Shown here piece after piece: positions 17,787-29,011 of a DNA stretch of 64,000 nt. The stretch lies in assembly GCA_963931215.1 (NCBI GenBank), contig OZ006989.1, positions 1,183,816 through 1,247,815 of the forward strand, in the 5' to 3' direction. The stretch comes from Prevotella sp. CAG:755. GTDB taxonomy: Bacteria > Bacteroidota > Bacteroidia > Bacteroidales > Bacteroidaceae. A program made the translations under genes and the position numbers. Numbering within the stretch: position 1 is the first letter of the stretch; every line of letters starts with the position of its first letter. Below the pieces are notes generated by a model. The model saw nothing but the letters and a program-made list of their open reading frames with translations. It ran no database searches and had not been told where the DNA came from.

Positions 17787-17851
17787 TGTTTAAAGAAATG
17801 ATTATTGCTATGTTTGGACGCGAAAATACGATTTTCTTTCCGAACCGAGCC

Positions 17852-18499
17852 TCACTTTGGTCGATTATTTCCGGAAAAACGAGCGAATACCACGCCTCGT
17901 CCGGAAGTGACATGCTGAGTATCCGGATCTACTATCGGAACTTCCACACCAGGGTCCGGAAGTCCAGGACTGTACTCATCCCACAGGATAAAAGCATAAA
18001 CGTCACGTATGCCAGCCACTGAGAAATACGTCGTCACCATACCTTCGACATAGACAGGACATTGGTAATAGTCTGGGTGGTCATAGAGATTGACCATAGG
18101 GCGTACCTCCTCGGGCTCGAGCAGGACGGGCATGCAAAGTGACGCATCGGTAACGTCGGGTGCATCCGCAATGAGCATGTTCGTATTAGGCGCGTCTTCG
18201 GGTACTCCGAATACGCTCTGGCTCAACTGATTGCCCGCTATATAACCGACGATGTAACCCTTCACCCCGACATAACAATCCATCATCAACTGCGCCTCGG
18301 CCACCGTGAGCGTATCGCCAACCATCACGCCGCCTCCGCCGTCATTGTCGCCGCTGCTCCCGCCTCCATCATCAGGCAGTTCGGTCTGACCACCGCCGTT
18401 TTCGCCATCTTCGTCAGGGATTTCCAATTTTTCACATGCAACAAGCGACATGGCCAAAACCGCCAAAACCGCAACCGCAAATACTGCCGCACGCCTCAT
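17852..18499 (-). CDS. Lipoprotein with an OB-fold-like (DUF6359-type) domain
   Basis: Lipobox LVAC, Gly/Asp linker, LTVAEAQ..VKGYIVG..NMLIAD..YFS..GI. Confidence 0.65.
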   Translation of the reverse strand: MRRAAVFAVAVLAVLAMSLVACEKLEIPDEDGENGGGQTELPDDGGGSSGDNDGGGGVMVGDTLTVAEAQLMMDCYVGVKGYIVGYIAGNQLSQSVFGVPEDAPNTNMLIADAPDVTDASLCMPVLLEPEEVRPMVNLYDHPDYYQCPVYVEGMVTTYFSVAGIRDVYAFILWDEYSPGLPDPGVEVPIVDPDTQHVTSGRGVVFARFSGNNRPK

Positions 18500-19560
18500 A
18501 GCTGCCCCTTGCTCGACGGAAGAACGAAATGGTCAAAGTCACGCTCTGCCGCCATCCTCACAGCCCGTGCGAAAGCCTTGAAAATGCCCTCAATCTTATG
18601 GTGCTCGTTCTGCCCTTCGGCATGGACGTTAAGATTCATCCTGGCTGCGTCACTAAGACTCTTGAAAAAATGAAAGAACATTTCTGTGGGGACATCGCCA
18701 ATGCGTTCGCGCACAAACTCAGCGTTCCAAACCAGCCACGGCCGACCGCCAAAATCAAGTGCCACGCGACACAAGCTGTCATCCATCGGTAAGACAAAGC
18801 CATAGCGCCGGATACCACACTTGTCACCAAGGCAACGAAGCAGACATTCACCCAACACAAGAGCGGTGTCCTCCACCGTATGATGTTCGTCGACTTCAAG
18901 ATCGCCGTGGACTTGGATGTCCACGTCCATCGCGCCATGGTGGGCAAGCTGTTCGAGCATGTGGTCGAAAAACTTCAATCCGGTGTCGACATGGCAGAGC
19001 CCCGAACCGTCCAGCCCGAGACGGACGCGGACATCTGTTTCGCGTGTCTGCCGGTGAACCTCCGCCGTTCGCTCTCCGCCAATGACACGGCGGGCAATGT
19101 CCGGCCACGTCATCCCGCCACCAAGAATCAACGACATACAGCCCAAGTTACGAGCCAATTGAGCGTCTGTCTCACGATCGCCTATCACATAACTGTGAAC
19201 CATATCATACTCACCCTCCATGTAGTGGGTGAGCATCGCCGTACCGGGCTTGCGAGTAGGCGCATTGTCTTCGGGGAAGTGACGGTCGATATGGATCGCA
19301 TCAAAAGTGATGCCTTCACCCGCAAGTGTGTCAAGAATGAACCGGTGAACAGGCCAAAAGGTATCTTCGGGAAAAGCGGGTGTACCAAGGCCGTCCTGGT
19401 TGCTCACCATGACAAACTCGTAGTCCGTCAACTGGCGTATACGACGCAGACAGTTGAACACGCCGGGCACAAATGAAAGCTTCTCGAACGAATCAACCTG
19501 TTCATCGGCAGGCTCACGTACGAGTGTGCCGTCGCGGTCTATGAATAGCGCTTTTTTCAT
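18496..19560 (-). CDS. hisB: Bifunctional histidinol-phosphatase / imidazoleglycerol-phosphate dehydratase
   Basis: HAD motif [37 protein letters not shown] 19560 overlaps the hisC stop. Confidence 0.95.
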   Translation of the reverse strand: MKKALFIDRDGTLVREPADEQVDSFEKLSFVPGVFNCLRRIRQLTDYEFVMVSNQDGLGTPAFPEDTFWPVHRFILDTLAGEGITFDAIHIDRHFPEDNAPTRKPGTAMLTHYMEGEYDMVHSYVIGDRETDAQLARNLGCMSLILGGGMTWPDIARRVIGGERTAEVHRQTRETDVRVRLGLDGSGLCHVDTGLKFFDHMLEQLAHHGAMDVDIQVHGDLEVDEHHTVEDTALVLGECLLRCLGDKCGIRRYGFVLPMDDSLCRVALDFGGRPWLVWNAEFVRERIGDVPTEMFFHFFKSLSDAARMNLNVHAEGQNEHHKIEGIFKAFARAVRMAAERDFDHFVLPSSKGQL

Positions 19561-20600
19561 TCCGGAACATATTTTCGTAAAGCTGACAATAATTCCACAT
19601 TCTCTTGTGTGTTGCCTATGGTGACACGCAAGCAATTCCCACAAAGCGTCACGTGTGAACGGTTGCGCACGACAATACCTTTGTCAATCAAGTAACGGTA
19701 GATTGTTTCTGCATCCGTCATTCGCGCCAAGAAGAAGTTGGCACTCGTCGGATAGACCGTCTTGCAGATAGGTAGCTGCCGGAAAGCCTCTATCACGCGA
19801 GCTCGTTCTTTCTTCGTTCGCCCCACCCAGGCATGGACGTCATAGCTCCGCCGCAAAATTTCAATGGCTTTTTCCTGAGCCAGCGTACTGACATTATATG
19901 GATACTTCACTTTGTTGAAAAGTCCGACAATTTCTTTCGATGCATAGGCCAGCCCCAACCGAATTCCGGCGCTTCCCCACGCTTTTGAGAGAGTGTTAAG
20001 TATCACGAGATTAGGGCAGGACTCCAGTTCGGCACGCATCGGACGTTGGTCCGAAAAATCGGCATAAGCCTCGTCCACGACGACAATTCCGTCGAAACGA
20101 CGGACAAGTGACAGCATCTCATCGCGATCAAGATCGTTACCTGTCGGATTGTTCGGCGAACAGAGAAAGATGGCCTTCGTGCGCGAATTAGCCGCTTCAA
20201 GCAGACGATCAGCCGAAAATCGGAACTGCTCATCGAGAAGCACGCGTCTGTAATCCACATCGTTGATGGCCGCACACACGGCATACATGCCATAAGTCGG
20301 TTCGATAGCGACAACATTGTCCAATCCCGGAACACAAAAGACCCTGTATACCAAATCAATAGCCTCATCGCTACCGTTGCCTACAAAAATACGTTCTTCC
20401 GGCACACTCTTCTCCTGCGACACGAGTTTTTTCAACTCCGTCTGTAAAGGATCCGGATAACGGTTATATGGTTCATTGTAGGGACTCTCGTTCGCATCAA
20501 GGAAAACGTGTGCCACATGGCCTTTATACTCATCTCGGGCTGAACTGTAAGGTTCAAGCGACCATATATTGGGCCGCACCAATAGCTGCAAGTCTTTCAT
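19557..20600 (-). CDS. hisC: Histidinol-phosphate aminotransferase
   Basis: LDANE, NRYPD, GNGSDE, SPNNPTG, VDEAY, TLSKAWG. Confidence 0.95.
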   Translation of the reverse strand: MKDLQLLVRPNIWSLEPYSSARDEYKGHVAHVFLDANESPYNEPYNRYPDPLQTELKKLVSQEKSVPEERIFVGNGSDEAIDLVYRVFCVPGLDNVVAIEPTYGMYAVCAAINDVDYRRVLLDEQFRFSADRLLEAANSRTKAIFLCSPNNPTGNDLDRDEMLSLVRRFDGIVVVDEAYADFSDQRPMRAELESCPNLVILNTLSKAWGSAGIRLGLAYASKEIVGLFNKVKYPYNVSTLAQEKAIEILRRSYDVHAWVGRTKKERARVIEAFRQLPICKTVYPTSANFFLARMTDAETIYRYLIDKGIVVRNRSHVTLCGNCLRVTIGNTQENVELLSALRKYVPE

Positions 20601-21907
20601 AAAGCAGCGTCCTCCTCCACGCTTCTCCGGCGCAAGGTCATCGCCATTCGGTGTGCATCAAGACATTCGGCCTCCGCCATCTGCTCGACGGCCGGTCCGA
20701 TACGATGAATACCCTCCGGCGTGAGCTCTTGTAACGTCATCTTCCGCATAAAGCTATCCAAGCATAACCCGCTATAAGCCCGGGCATAACCCTTTGTAGG
20801 CAAAGTGTGGTTGGTGCCCGACGCATAATCGCCGGCGCTTTCACAACTCCAATTGCCCAAAAAAACAGAGCCAGCGTGGTCGATGCGCTCTTTCACGTCG
20901 TTATAGTCGCTGACAGCCAAAATAAGATGCTCAGGCGCGTAAGCATTGGTCAGCGCAATTGCTTCCTCCATGTCGTGAACTAAGAGAAGAAGACTGTGGT
21001 CGAGTGCTTTGCGAGCGATTTCGCGACGACTGAGCGCCGAAAGTTGACGTTCGACTTCAGTTTGAACAGCTTCGATCAACGCAGGGCTTGTCGTCACCAG
21101 CACCACCTGACTGTCAACACCATGTTCGGCTTGGCTTAACAAATCTGCCGCTACAAACTCCGGGCAACTAGTCTCATCTGCAAGGACTTCCACCTCGCTC
21201 GGCCCCGCCGGCAGATCTATGGCCGTGTCATAAAGCGCCACCAATTGTTTGGCCGCCATGACGTATTGGTTGCCAGGACCAAAGATTTTGTCGACCTTGG
21301 GTATACTCTCTGTTCCTACGGCCATAGAGGCCACCGCCTGAGCCCCGCCCACGGTGAATACCTTGTGTACACCTGCTTTGTGCGCGGCATAGAGAATAGC
21401 AGGATGAACATGTCCGTCCTTGCCGGGAGGCGTAGTCAATACGATCTCGCGACAACCGGCAATTTGTGCCGGAACGGCAAGCATAAGTACAGTCGAAAAA
21501 AGCGGTGCTGTCCCTCCGGGCACGTAAAGTCCGACCCGCTCGATCGGCACGGCCCGCTGCTCACACACCACCCCCGGACAGACCTCCACCCGTATCGGTT
21601 CAAAACGTTGCGCAGCATGAAAAGCGTGAATGTTCTCATAGGCAATGTCGATAGCCTCGCGTAATGAAGCCGGGAGTGAATTTCCCGCAGCCACAAGCTC
21701 AGTTTCCGACACTGCGAGTTGCGTCAGTCGCACATGGTCGAACTGCTCTTCGTACTCGTAGACGGCACGGTCGCCATCAGACTTTATGCGCTCATATATG
21801 GGACGGACAACTTCAAGCAAGGACATGATATCCTGTACAGGCCGCTCCAATAACGATGTCCACGTGGAAGGTTCTGGATAATTGACAATTCTCATCATAG
21901 CGATCAA
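20597..21907 (-). CDS. hisD: Histidinol dehydrogenase
   Basis: [51 protein letters not shown]. Confidence 0.96.
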   Translation of the reverse strand: MIAMMRIVNYPEPSTWTSLLERPVQDIMSLLEVVRPIYERIKSDGDRAVYEYEEQFDHVRLTQLAVSETELVAAGNSLPASLREAIDIAYENIHAFHAAQRFEPIRVEVCPGVVCEQRAVPIERVGLYVPGGTAPLFSTVLMLAVPAQIAGCREIVLTTPPGKDGHVHPAILYAAHKAGVHKVFTVGGAQAVASMAVGTESIPKVDKIFGPGNQYVMAAKQLVALYDTAIDLPAGPSEVEVLADETSCPEFVAADLLSQAEHGVDSQVVLVTTSPALIEAVQTEVERQLSALSRREIARKALDHSLLLLVHDMEEAIALTNAYAPEHLILAVSDYNDVKERIDHAGSVFLGNWSCESAGDYASGTNHTLPTKGYARAYSGLCLDSFMRKMTLQELTPEGIHRIGPAVEQMAEAECLDAHRMAMTLRRRSVEEDAAL

Positions 21908-22755
21908 ATTATCATTTTCTCAATCGGAACGACCAATATACCCTGCGCCCCGTTTTCTTTCAACTGGCCTATGATTTCCCAAAAACGCTCTTCGTCGAGC
22001 ACCGTATGTACGCTACACCATGCATCGTCCGCCAACGGCATCACCGTCGGACTTTTCACTCCTGGCAAGACTGCAAGAATGTCGTCCACCCTGTCCTTAG
22101 GCACGTTCATAAGCACATATTTCTTCCCTTCTGCACTCTTCACGGCTTCAATGCGGAAAAGGAGTTCATCGAGGATGCTGCGTTTGTAACCGCTCATCAA
22201 CGGATTGCCAATCATCACAGCTTCGCTCTCCATTACAACCTCAACTTCTTTTAGATTGTTGCTGACAAGTGTAGAGCCCGAGCTGACGATATCGAAAATG
22301 GCGTCGGCTATACCGATACTTGTCGACACTTCCACAGAACCCGTAATGACGTGAACTTCCGCATTAACTCCCTGCTCGTTCAAATAGCGGGTGAGGATGC
22401 GCGGATAGGACGTAGCTATACGCCGGCTTTCAAACCACCGCACATCCGTATAATCCACATCCTTGGGAACAGCCAACGACAGACGACAGGCACCGAAACC
22501 AAGTTTTCGTATCACTTCGGCTTCAGCACCTTGTTCTTCCAGTTCGTTAAGACCGACTACACCGATATCTGCAACTCCGTCCGCCACAGTCCGGGGAATA
22601 TCGTCATCGCGCAAATAGAGTATCTCTACCGGAAAATTCTTCGCCCTTACCAAAAGGGTTCTTCGCGCAGAGGAGACCTTCACATCGGCTTCACTCAGCA
22701 GCGCCATCGTATCTTCGTACAATCGTCCTTTTGACTGGACTGCAATTCTCAACAT
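21904..22755 (-). CDS. hisG: ATP phosphoribosyltransferase (long form)
   Basis: LRIAVQSKGRL, RDDDIP, ATSYP, GSVE, DIVSSGSTL. Confidence 0.96.
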   Translation of the reverse strand: MLRIAVQSKGRLYEDTMALLSEADVKVSSARRTLLVRAKNFPVEILYLRDDDIPRTVADGVADIGVVGLNELEEQGAEAEVIRKLGFGACRLSLAVPKDVDYTDVRWFESRRIATSYPRILTRYLNEQGVNAEVHVITGSVEVSTSIGIADAIFDIVSSGSTLVSNNLKEVEVVMESEAVMIGNPLMSGYKRSILDELLFRIEAVKSAEGKKYVLMNVPKDRVDDILAVLPGVKSPTVMPLADDAWCSVHTVLDEERFWEIIGQLKENGAQGILVVPIEKMII

Positions 22756-22993
22756 ATCATTTGATTTCTCTGGTTCGACGTTTGTTTATCACGCCTTACT
22801 GACGCGATTTCGCGCAAAAATAATCAAACATTCTCGTTCCTGCAAATGAAATCCGATTTATTACAGACAAAACGCCACCGTTAGGCGACTTAAAACGACA
22901 TCCGTGCAAGAGTTCCATAATAGCCGGATAATGCGACGAGGAATCACCAACTTAGCATTTAAGACCTTGTCTGACATCTCTACTTTATATTAT

Positions 22994-23018
22994 GGGAATG
23001 ATATACCAGATGACCCAG
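22994..23018 (+). repeat. Orphan copy of the IS1595 terminal inverted repeat
   Basis: GGGAATGATATACCAGATGACCCAG, 24/25 to the right TIR and 23/25 to the left TIR. No partner end seen. Confidence 0.75.
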
Positions 23019-23168
23019 CAAATCCCTATTAGCATATATAAATAATGGAAAGGCTTGATTATTTTATCAAGCAAGGATATATTTATAATAAAATAACCCC
23101 CTGTAAGCAGCAGGAGGAGTCAACTTCTGTGAGAGGTTGCTTTTTTTTAGGAATTGTGTCTCTCAGTC

Positions 23169-23246
23169 TTAAAGACTGTTCATCCTATTTATTAGGTCGA
23201 GGCAAGCTCGAAGCCATTCAGCACTAAAAATTTTAGAATGCTTCAT
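23169..23246 (-). CDS. 25-aa small ORF with a strong Shine-Dalgarno sequence
   Basis: AGGAGGTG 6 nt before the ATG; MKHSKIFSAEWLRACLDLINRMNSL. Confidence 0.5.
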   Translation of the reverse strand: MKHSKIFSAEWLRACLDLINRMNSL

Positions 23247-23345
23247 AGGCAACACCTCCTTTCCGATTTGACTTCAAGTGCCGTAGTTTTATTCGGCTGC
23301 TACAAGTGGATAGTCGGCACAGTTCAAATCAATGCAAAATAACCA

Positions 23346-23381
23346 AAAATCATCGACATGGCCAAACATGTCGGTGATTTT
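23346..23381. terminator. Strong hairpin, possibly a bidirectional terminator
   Basis: AAAATCATCGACATG-gccaaa-CATGTCGGTGATTTT. Confidence 0.55.
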
Positions 23382-23479
23382 TATTGATATGTGTTTCTAT
23401 TTCGAAGAAAACTAACGGTGGACGAGCAATTCCTGGTGGTCAAAAGTGGTGATTTTCAGAAATAATATATATCTTTGTG

Positions 23480-23734
23480 CCGTCATTTTGCCATAATAGG
23501 CATTTGACGGACATATTTTTGGAAGCGTTTTGGCTTTCATTCCGTTCTAGTGAATCTGGACAATTCACCTTTGGATATTGGAATGACAGACTGACGCTCC
23601 CTCTTGGTTTGATTATATCTGCCTAGCGCAATATAGATAGCCAAGGGTGTGAGCCGTTATTGTTATCTATATCCAAGGCAGTCCAGAGCCTACTAGAAAG
23701 ATGACAAGACAATTAGGCTCACACTTCTTTTTAT
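23480..23734 (+). ncRNA. Putative structured ncRNA or leader, ~250 nt
   Basis: TATCTTTG -7 box at 23470-23477, several nested stems, and a terminal stem GTGTGAGCC/GGCTCACAC followed by TTCTTTTT. No ORF in the track. Confidence 0.5.
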
Positions 23735-23805
23735 ATGTCCTCGCGAAAAATATAAAAAGTAGTTAACCGCACTCTTTGAGCCGAGAATGCATAAATTTTA
23801 AGGTT

Positions 23806-24120
23806 ATGTGTAATTCTAATGATGGATTAGGCTGGAGGTTGTTTGACGATTTGGAAAATGATTTGAGTGACAGCCTAAATTGGTGGGATGTTGACCCAAA
23901 AGGAAATATCCAATACAAGGGTGGTACGAAATCGACTATTAAGGTGGGTGATTTGACAAAGTACAACTATCTCACTCATATATTAAAGAAAGTCAGGCCC
24001 GATGCTGAAAAGAATGCCAATGCAGAGTTTTACTTTGCCTATCTGCGTGCATTGAAAAATGTAGGTTTTAAAAAGATAACCATTGACGTATGCAATCCAT
24101 ATACTATTATATGTGAGTAA
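23806..24120 (+). CDS. Hypothetical protein
   Basis: AT-rich ORF (track 23776-24120; first in-frame ATG 23806). Confidence 0.55.
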   Translation: MCNSNDGLGWRLFDDLENDLSDSLNWWDVDPKGNIQYKGGTKSTIKVGDLTKYNYLTHILKKVRPDAEKNANAEFYFAYLRALKNVGFKKITIDVCNPYTIICE

Positions 24121-24145
24121 TGTTTATAACATACAAAATGAGTAT

Positions 24146-24511
24146 ATGTTGATTGTTATTTTTACGATTATCATCACTGTGATAGTATTCTTCTTGTTAA
24201 GAAAGCTATCGTGGGTCTGGATATATAGGATAGCTTTCTATATCAGCAGACAGAATGGTATGCCAGGTTCTCCTTTTGCAGTGTACAGCCTTTTGATGCT
24301 ATTGAAATCCGCTTTCAAGAAAGGGTTGAAGAAAGAGACATATAAGAACATCAAGAATTGGAACATTGTGCATGAGATTGCCAATCGTTACCATTGCAGT
24401 TTCTTATTGTATGACCGTGAATTCTCTTTCACCGTCATAGCAGACTCTCTTTCCAATTTGGATTTTGAGGATTTGGATATGGAAGGTATAGAAGAGTTAG
24501 ATCAAAGATGA
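24146..24511 (+). CDS. Hypothetical protein with an N-terminal hydrophobic anchor
   Basis: MLIVIFTIIITVIVFFLLRK start; track ORF 24083-24511. Confidence 0.55.
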   Translation: MLIVIFTIIITVIVFFLLRKLSWVWIYRIAFYISRQNGMPGSPFAVYSLLMLLKSAFKKGLKKETYKNIKNWNIVHEIANRYHCSFLLYDREFSFTVIADSLSNLDFEDLDMEGIEELDQR

Positions 24512-24833
24512 CATGTTGCGAATAGTTTAAAAAACGTCCGATTACCAAAAGTTTTCGGACGTTTTGATTAAATTCCGTCAATTTATATGATGGTTATTTC
24601 GCTATCTCGCATATTGTAGTTAGTTTTGCAACTGAATAGAATCAAATTTTACTATGTGTACTTCAGTAAAAGTTCCTGTATATATTATTAATGTGTACCA
24701 CATCCATGAAACAGCGAGTCTCAAAGTTTTTCGCCTCTCTCGCGCAAAAAGACCATAATTTGTTTGGCAGTTTCAAAACAAACACCTACCTTTGCATCGC
24801 CTTTCGGGAAGAAAGGAATAAGAGACATCGCAG

Positions 24834-24906
24834 GCCGAAATAGCTCAGTTGGTAGAGCAATTCATTCGTAATGAATAGGTCGCCGGTTCGAGTCCGGCTT
24901 TCGGCT
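24834..24906 (+). tRNA. tRNA-Thr(CGT)
   Basis: Acceptor GCCGAAA/TTTCGGC, anticodon loop TT-CGT-AA, GGTTCGAGTCC; upstream TACCTTTG promoter box. Confidence 0.95.
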
Positions 24907-25403
24907 CAAAAGAAAGCCTGTAAGTATCTGACTTACCGGCTTTCTTTTTATCCCCACACCACCAAGAACCGCCTCTCATCCAAAACGTACTCCCATTCCG
25001 AACAGTCTTGCACACCCGCAACAGCACTCTTCTCGACGGAAGACTTCCGCATCCTCTACCCTCGCCCTACATGCTATCATGAACAGACCAACGGCAGATT
25101 CATGCTGTCACCATCCGCCTTCTTCCTGTCTTTGGGCTGCATCCATACGCGCACGTTCGCAACATCGGTACACTTACCTTGCCCGGCAACCATCTCTCAA
25201 AAAAACAAACAGGAAATACAAATCTCCGTACACCACATCACCACGGACGGGACGCAAGCCACAGACACCTTTCCAACTCTATCCGTAACCTCCAAACTGG
25301 CCGTCATACATCTCCGGGCAGTATCGCAACAGTCCGCACGGCATCACATATACGTAAAAACATTGGGATTAGCAAGAAATGTATTCTTACTAATCCCAAT
25401 GTG

Positions 25404-25486
25404 TGGGCAAAGATGGATTCGAACCACCGAAGGCGAACGCCAGCAGATTTACAGTCTGCCCCATTTGGCCACTCTGGAATTTGCCC
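25404..25486 (-). tRNA. tRNA-Tyr(GTA)
   Basis: Acceptor GGGCAAA/TTTGCCC, GCAGA-CT-GTA-AA-TCTGC, long variable arm. Confidence 0.95.
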
Positions 25487-25518
25487 TCCTTGTCTCTAAG
25501 ACGGTGCAAAGATAGTGT

Positions 25519-26010
25519 TTATTTCTGCAACTGCCAAGCAAAATCGGCCATTTTTATCGCTGTAACCGCAAATTCCTCACCTTTGTTTCCAAGGCGGCCG
25601 CCTGTGCGCTCCTCAGCCTGCTCCAAATTATTCACGGTGAGCAGGCCAAACACCACAGGGACTTGCCCTTCAACATTTAACTTACTGATGCCCTGGGTTA
25701 CAGCCTCACATATGTAATCAAAATGAGGCGTGTCGCCACGAATAACGCAGCCAATCGCGATGACTGCATCAAGCAATCCGCACTTGGCAAGTTGCGAACA
25801 GCCGTAAATCAGCTCAAAACTTCCCGGCACTGTCTTCAAAGTAATGTTCCCGTCCTTGACGCCGTACTTACTCAGTGCTTTCATAGCGCCGTCGACCAGT
25901 TTTCCGGTAATCTCATGATTCCATTCGGCCGCTACAATCCCGATACGCATCGAACTGGCGTCAGGCACGGAAGCTGCCAAATCCTCAATTGTGAAATTCG
26001 CAGATGACAT
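25519..26010 (-). CDS. ribH: 6,7-dimethyl-8-ribityllumazine synthase
   Basis: [37 protein letters not shown]. Confidence 0.95.
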   Translation of the reverse strand: MSSANFTIEDLAASVPDASSMRIGIVAAEWNHEITGKLVDGAMKALSKYGVKDGNITLKTVPGSFELIYGCSQLAKCGLLDAVIAIGCVIRGDTPHFDYICEAVTQGISKLNVEGQVPVVFGLLTVNNLEQAEERTGGRLGNKGEEFAVTAIKMADFAWQLQK

Positions 26011-26021
26011 GGGCGTTACGC

Positions 26022-26696
26022 TTATTTGGACACGCGTTCGATATATTTGTCTATGTCCTGCGCCGTGATGCTCGTGCCGTATTCGTTCTTGATCTGCTGG
26101 TACAAGGCGAGTGCTTCTGCCTTCTTATTCTGCGACTCAAGTATCTGGGCGGCTTCTTTCAGGCAGATAGGCGCCAAACTGTTGTGTCCGGAGAGTTTTG
26201 CGGCTTCTTTGAACGTAGCAACGGCCTTGTCGAGCTGGTTTGTCGAAGCGTAGCAGTTGGCCAGCGTATTGAGTGCGGCAGGCGAAATCGTCACATCGTC
26301 CTGCGTATCGAAAGCTTCAAGGTAAAGAATGGCTTCCTTGTCCTTGCCTTGTTGGGCGTAGCAGATGCCAGCATAGAAGTTAGCAAGGTTGCCGGCATCG
26401 GTGTGACCGTAATCCTTGGCTATTTTCTCGTAACCCACGAATCCTTGTTTGTCGCCTTTCAATGCCGTTTCGAAATCACCGGCAGCGAAATAATCCTCAC
26501 CCTTGGCCAGCATCGTGGCAGCTTTCTCGCCCTGCGGCCCCCAATAGAACGCTTTGAGCGCGAAAAAACCGCCGATCAAGACAACCAAGACCACGGCGGC
26601 AATTATGATCGGATTACGATGTTTAATGATGAATGCTTCAGACTGCGCCACTGCACTGCTGGCGTCCAAAGACTGGCTTTTGCTTTTCTGTGTCAT
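26022..26696 (-). CDS. TPR-repeat membrane-anchored protein (YfgM-like)
   Basis: N-terminal TM helix, GNLANFYAG and TPR patterns; between ribH and recF. Confidence 0.85.
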   Translation of the reverse strand: MTQKSKSQSLDASSAVAQSEAFIIKHRNPIIIAAVVLVVLIGGFFALKAFYWGPQGEKAATMLAKGEDYFAAGDFETALKGDKQGFVGYEKIAKDYGHTDAGNLANFYAGICYAQQGKDKEAILYLEAFDTQDDVTISPAALNTLANCYASTNQLDKAVATFKEAAKLSGHNSLAPICLKEAAQILESQNKKAEALALYQQIKNEYGTSITAQDIDKYIERVSK

Positions 26697-26862
26697 TATC
26701 GTTAAATGTTTTATTCGTTTAAGCGCGACAAAATTAATACTTTCTGCGTAACTTATAAAATAATCATCGTCTTTTTTGAAACCGTTGCATTTTCCGCGCA
26801 GAGCGGAGACGTATTTCTGCGCATTATTATAAATTTGTCGGCCAAAGCATGAATAACGACAA

Positions 26863-27969
26863 ATGGTTATCAAGAATCTATCCATCCTGAACTATAAGAA
26901 CATCGCGCAGGCCGACTTGGCATTCTCGGATAAAATCAATTGCTTCATCGGTGCCAACGGCATGGGAAAGACCAATGTGCTCGACGCAGTCTACTACCTC
27001 TCGTTCTGCAAGAGCCACACCAACCCCATCGACGCACAGGTGGTGCGCCACGGCGAAGAGATGTTCATGCTTCAAGGACGCTACCTGACCGACGACGGGG
27101 AAACCGAGACTATCAGCTGCGGGACCAAGGTCGGCCGGCGCAAGACATTCAAGCGCAACGGGAAGGACTACCGGAGACTGACAGAGCACATCGGCTTTGC
27201 GCCGCTCGTGATGATTTCGCCGGCCGACACATCGCTGATTACGGGCGGCAGCGAGGAGCGCCGACGCTTTGTCGACACGGTTATCTCGCAATACGACGCT
27301 AATTATCTTGATGCCCTTGTTCGCTATGGCCGCGCACTGGCACAACGCAACAACCTGCTCAAAGCTGAAAACGAGCCAGACCCGGACATGATGGAAATAT
27401 ACGAGGAAGAGATGGCCGCTTCCGGGACATATATATATAAAGAACGCGTGGAATTCGCCAAACGGCTCACGCCGGTTTTCCAAACCATGTACAGCCGCAT
27501 AGCCCATGCCGATGAAGAAGTCAGGCTTACTTATACGTCACACTGCGAACGCGGCCCGCTGCTCGACCAGTTGCGACAGGCACGCTCCAAGGAGCGCATC
27601 GTCGGCTTCACGCTACACGGCATCCACAAGGATGACCTCATCATGGAGCTCGGAGGATTCCCCATTAAAAAAGAAGGGTCGCAAGGGCAGTGCAAGACCT
27701 ACCTCGTCGCCCTTAAACTGGCCCAGTTCGCCCTGCTCAAAGAAACGGGCCGGCGCCAAACGCCGTTGCTCCTTCTTGACGACGTTTTCGACAAACTCGA
27801 CAGCCACCGGGTTGAACAGATAGTCCGTCTGGCCGGCGGCAATGAGTTCGGACAGATTTTCCTGACCGACACCAACCGCGGACACCTCGACCGAATCCTG
27901 CAACAGGCCGCATGCGACTTCAAACTGTTCACCGTGGAAAACGGCACGATCAACGATGAAACGGTATAA
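26863..27969 (+). CDS. recF: DNA replication and repair protein RecF
   Basis: GANGMGKTN, RRRFVD, GSQGQ, LLLDD. Confidence 0.95.
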   Translation: MVIKNLSILNYKNIAQADLAFSDKINCFIGANGMGKTNVLDAVYYLSFCKSHTNPIDAQVVRHGEEMFMLQGRYLTDDGETETISCGTKVGRRKTFKRNGKDYRRLTEHIGFAPLVMISPADTSLITGGSEERRRFVDTVISQYDANYLDALVRYGRALAQRNNLLKAENEPDPDMMEIYEEEMAASGTYIYKERVEFAKRLTPVFQTMYSRIAHADEEVRLTYTSHCERGPLLDQLRQARSKERIVGFTLHGIHKDDLIMELGGFPIKKEGSQGQCKTYLVALKLAQFALLKETGRRQTPLLLLDDVFDKLDSHRVEQIVRLAGGNEFGQIFLTDTNRGHLDRILQQAACDFKLFTVENGTINDETV

Positions 27970-28246
27970 GGAAGAAGACCTGGCATCGGTGGTCTACCGT
28001 GCCCTGCGCCTCGACGGCCTCGAAACGCCCCTGAACGAATACCGGCTCGTCCAGGCATGGCCGGATGTGGCAGGCCCGACCGTAGCGGCCTACACCGGCG
28101 CAGTGGAAATCCGCAACCAGAAGCTCTACGTGCAGCTCAAATCGCCCGCCCTCAGAGCCAACCTGCTCATGCGCCGGCGCGAACTGGTCGACAAGCTGAA
28201 CAGCCGCGTCGGTGCGATGATCATCACCGACATCGTGTTCCGCTGA
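27956..28246 (+). CDS. DUF721 (DciA-like) protein
   Basis: LVQAWPDVAG..SPALRANL; coupled to recF. Confidence 0.85.
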   Translation: MKRYKEEDLASVVYRALRLDGLETPLNEYRLVQAWPDVAGPTVAAYTGAVEIRNQKLYVQLKSPALRANLLMRRRELVDKLNSRVGAMIITDIVFR

Positions 28247-28342
28247 ACCGGTGCCTCGCTGCACATCCCCATACAAGAGCGGCCGCCGGACGATATGGAA
28301 TCACCCCGGCGGCCGCTCTTCTGTCCGCAGAACGGGACCGAC

Positions 28343-28819
28343 TTACTCGAAATAGTAGAGGAATGTGGCCACTCCCTCCAAGGCTTTCTTCTTGCAGTCC
28401 TTAATTTCGATGGAAAACTTGATTTCGGCCTTGCAAATGCCACGGAGGTTGGAGATGGCTTGGAGCGTAGCCACGAGCCGCACGCTCTGGCCCGCCAATA
28501 CAGCCTGCCCGAAACGCATCTTGTCCATCCCATAATTCACCATCATTTTCAGGTTGTTCACCTGGATAATCTGCTGCCAAAGATAAGGAAGGAGCGAAAG
28601 CGTCAGATAACCGTGCACAATTGTCGACTTATAGGGGCTTTCCGACTTGGCCCGCTCCACGTCGACATGTATCCACTGGTGGTCGAGTGTGGCATCGGCA
28701 AACTGATTGATGCGTTCCTGCGGGATTTCGAGGTAATCGGAGATGCCTATCACCTGCCCCGTCAATTTTGCAAAATCATCATAAGAATTAATGACTACTT
28801 TTTTCGTATTATCTGCCAT
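28343..28819 (-). CDS. MaoC family dehydratase
   Basis: FADATLDHQWIHVD, TIVHGYLTLS, NYGMDKMRF. Confidence 0.9.
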   Translation of the reverse strand: MADNTKKVVINSYDDFAKLTGQVIGISDYLEIPQERINQFADATLDHQWIHVDVERAKSESPYKSTIVHGYLTLSLLPYLWQQIIQVNNLKMMVNYGMDKMRFGQAVLAGQSVRLVATLQAISNLRGICKAEIKFSIEIKDCKKKALEGVATFLYYFE

Positions 28820-28960
28820 ATTCGTGCTTTTTATAGATGAATTGAACTGCAAAGATACACATTTTGGCTGAAATCTCCGCCGCCCGGAAAGTTAGAAAGT
28901 GTTTACCGCCGAACCAGCCGGCGACTGGGATTCCGGACCAGACTACCGACACCGCTTGTT

Positions 28961-29011
28961 CCGTCAGCCTTTCCGTAAATTCTGTCAGCCCCCTGAGATT
29001 TTCTGTCAGCC
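28961..29011 (-). repeat. Dispersed intergenic repeat, three GGCTGAC(A/G)G cores at 21-bp spacing
   Basis: Cores at 28961, 28982 and 29003; related arrays near 35431, 41322, 44387 and 53569. Confidence 0.6.

Noticed and set aside
22756-22900. His leader peptide or attenuator upstream of hisG
   Set aside because: No His-codon-rich short ORF; a TAnnTTTG box lies close to the start codon.
24834-25486. tRNA-Thr or tRNA-Tyr as the integration site of the AT-rich patch or the island
   Set aside because: No duplicated tRNA 3' end found in the window, and the patch lies 5' of tRNA-Thr.
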